Assembly: GCF_001194135.2 (NCBI RefSeq)
Contig: NC_068997.1
Coordinates: 29,036,579-29,085,024 of the forward strand
Direction: 5' to 3'
DNA: 48,446 bases
DNA from: Octopus bimaculoides
Taxonomy: Eukaryota
Positions within the stretch are counted from its first letter, which is position 1, and every line of letters starts with the position of its first letter. Position numbers and translations under genes: made by a program. The notes under the pieces were generated by a model. That model made no database searches. It was given only the letters and a program-made list of their open reading frames with translations, and was not told the origin of the DNA. Positions 47,154 through 48,446 of this stretch are shown here, in pieces.

Positions 47154-47290
47154 TTTCCATTCACACGAACTACATTCGGTAAAGAGTTTGTCTGTGTAAT
47201 ATCCATTTCAATAATTTCTTTGATGGTGCAAATCACACCATGCTCAAGTGAAAATTCTCTGCAGAAAGGTGTCTTACGCTTTTTTTGATC
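47154..47290 (-). CDS. TEN1: TEN1 upstream coding exon (5' incomplete): ...EFSLEHGVICTIKEIIEMDITQTNSLPNVVRVNG(K)
   Basis: Open frame ending GGA AA|gtgagt (phase 2) that splices in frame to 46437; G....I.EI......VRV.GK corresponds to the TEN1 N-terminus; no in-frame start ATG before the N gap. Confidence 0.8.
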
Positions 47291-47865
47291 NNNNNNNNNN
47301 NNNNNNNNNNNNNNNNNNNNNNNNNNNNNNNNNNNNNNNNGAACAGCTGGTGATATAGCGAAGGAGAATTTTGATCAAACTAAAGGGTTTGACCCGGACA
47401 ACGCACTGGTTATAATTATTTCTATAACGTAACAATTTAAAGGAATGTTCAAGAGAATGACGAGGTGAATTTTCCGAGTCCTCCCCACCCCGTTCGCGAC
47501 CGCGCATTTTTTTCATATTCGTTTTCAGCAAGTTGTTTTACACCTATTACACTAAGATTCAGCTCAGTCAGGACATATTTGGTGTTTAACAACAACAACG
47601 CAACCAGATAACATTAAACCTCTCCTGACTAACCTTTGTAAACATCACCTTCTCTCGACAAAACCAGAGATTCTCTACTGGTCATTCGACTCACTAGAAA
47701 GAGCAGCTAAATCTATCAACAAAATGAAACAAACAAGTGTCCGATATTTTTATAAAGCAACAAACAAATGAAGTTAAAAAAAAAGAAAAGAAAATGGGGT
47801 TAATGTTTATAACTTGACCCGAAAAAAGAAAATCAGAAAAAAATAGTGCAGCAGGTGTAAAAAAT

Positions 47866-48400
47866 GTGTAGGAGACAAATATGAAAAAAAAAAAAAAAAA
47901 AAAAATGCGCGCAAAGCAACGGGAGAGGACCTCGGGAAATTCACAAGATCTGAGTTTTTCCCTCATAACTTTTAGGAAAATGGGGTTTTTTTTAAAAAGA
48001 AATTTTATATAAATACCTTTCAATCGGCATACATTACGATTATAAAGAAATTTGTAGGGAAAATCTTGAGGTGGGGAGAGGACTTTCGGAATATTCCCAA
48101 GATCCGAATCTTTCCTCGTTATATTCCGAAATCACATTCAATTTTCTACAGATACCCTAGCGTAGTACTACTACACTGCGTAGTGTTTATTTCTACCCAC
48201 TTACAATAATTTATAATGCTTTGGCTTCAATTTTGTTTCATTTTGTCTTCTATTATTTTTGCGCTTTTTTAACCCTCCCGTTGTTATTCTCATTCATTCG
48301 TTATTACTTTCTCTCTCTCTATATATATATATGTGTGTGTGTGTGTATATATAGAGAGAGGGAGATAGATACATATATTATATACATACATCTATATACA
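47866..48400 (+). repeat. Dispersed repeat copy 2 (about 530 bp)
   Basis: Direct-orientation match to 42834-43320. Confidence 0.85.
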
Positions 48401-48446
48401 TAAATACACACACACACACATATACATATATATATATATATATATA

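Overview
AT-rich, repeat-dense animal genomic DNA with several assembly gaps (N runs); the SINE repertoire and microsatellite style point to an octopus/coleoid cephalopod (inference). Most ORFs in the supplied track are artefacts of gaps, microsatellites or introns. Manual splicing of the minus strand gives three co-oriented genes with canonical GT-AG introns and consistent phases. (1) TEN1 (CST telomere complex): two exons at 47290-46131, start codon not visible. (2) METTL17/RSM22 (mitoribosome small-subunit assembly factor): 14 exons at 38830-24379 giving 472 aa, first exon unresolved. (3) Metaxin-2/MTX2: a complete 9-exon CDS at 21164-9558, 771 nt, 256 aa. The rest is transposon-derived: a decayed hAT transposase, LINE fragments (APE endonuclease, RTE tails), a non-autonomous Helitron with intact termini, a palindromic mariner derivative, a TIR element with a 6-bp flanking direct repeat, TTAA-type MITEs, a probable Gypsy LTR and several SINE families. 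There is no rRNA, true tRNA or CRISPR array. I found no convincing evidence of a wholly new multi-gene system. The best leads are local: a pre-miRNA-like hairpin and a 560-bp fold-back mariner in the METTL17 5' intron, an E-box/telomere-repeat-bearing TIR element and an exon-carrying Helitron in MTX2 intron 1, and an altered cysteine set around the METTL17 Fe-S site. All family assignments come from recalled motifs, not from database searches.
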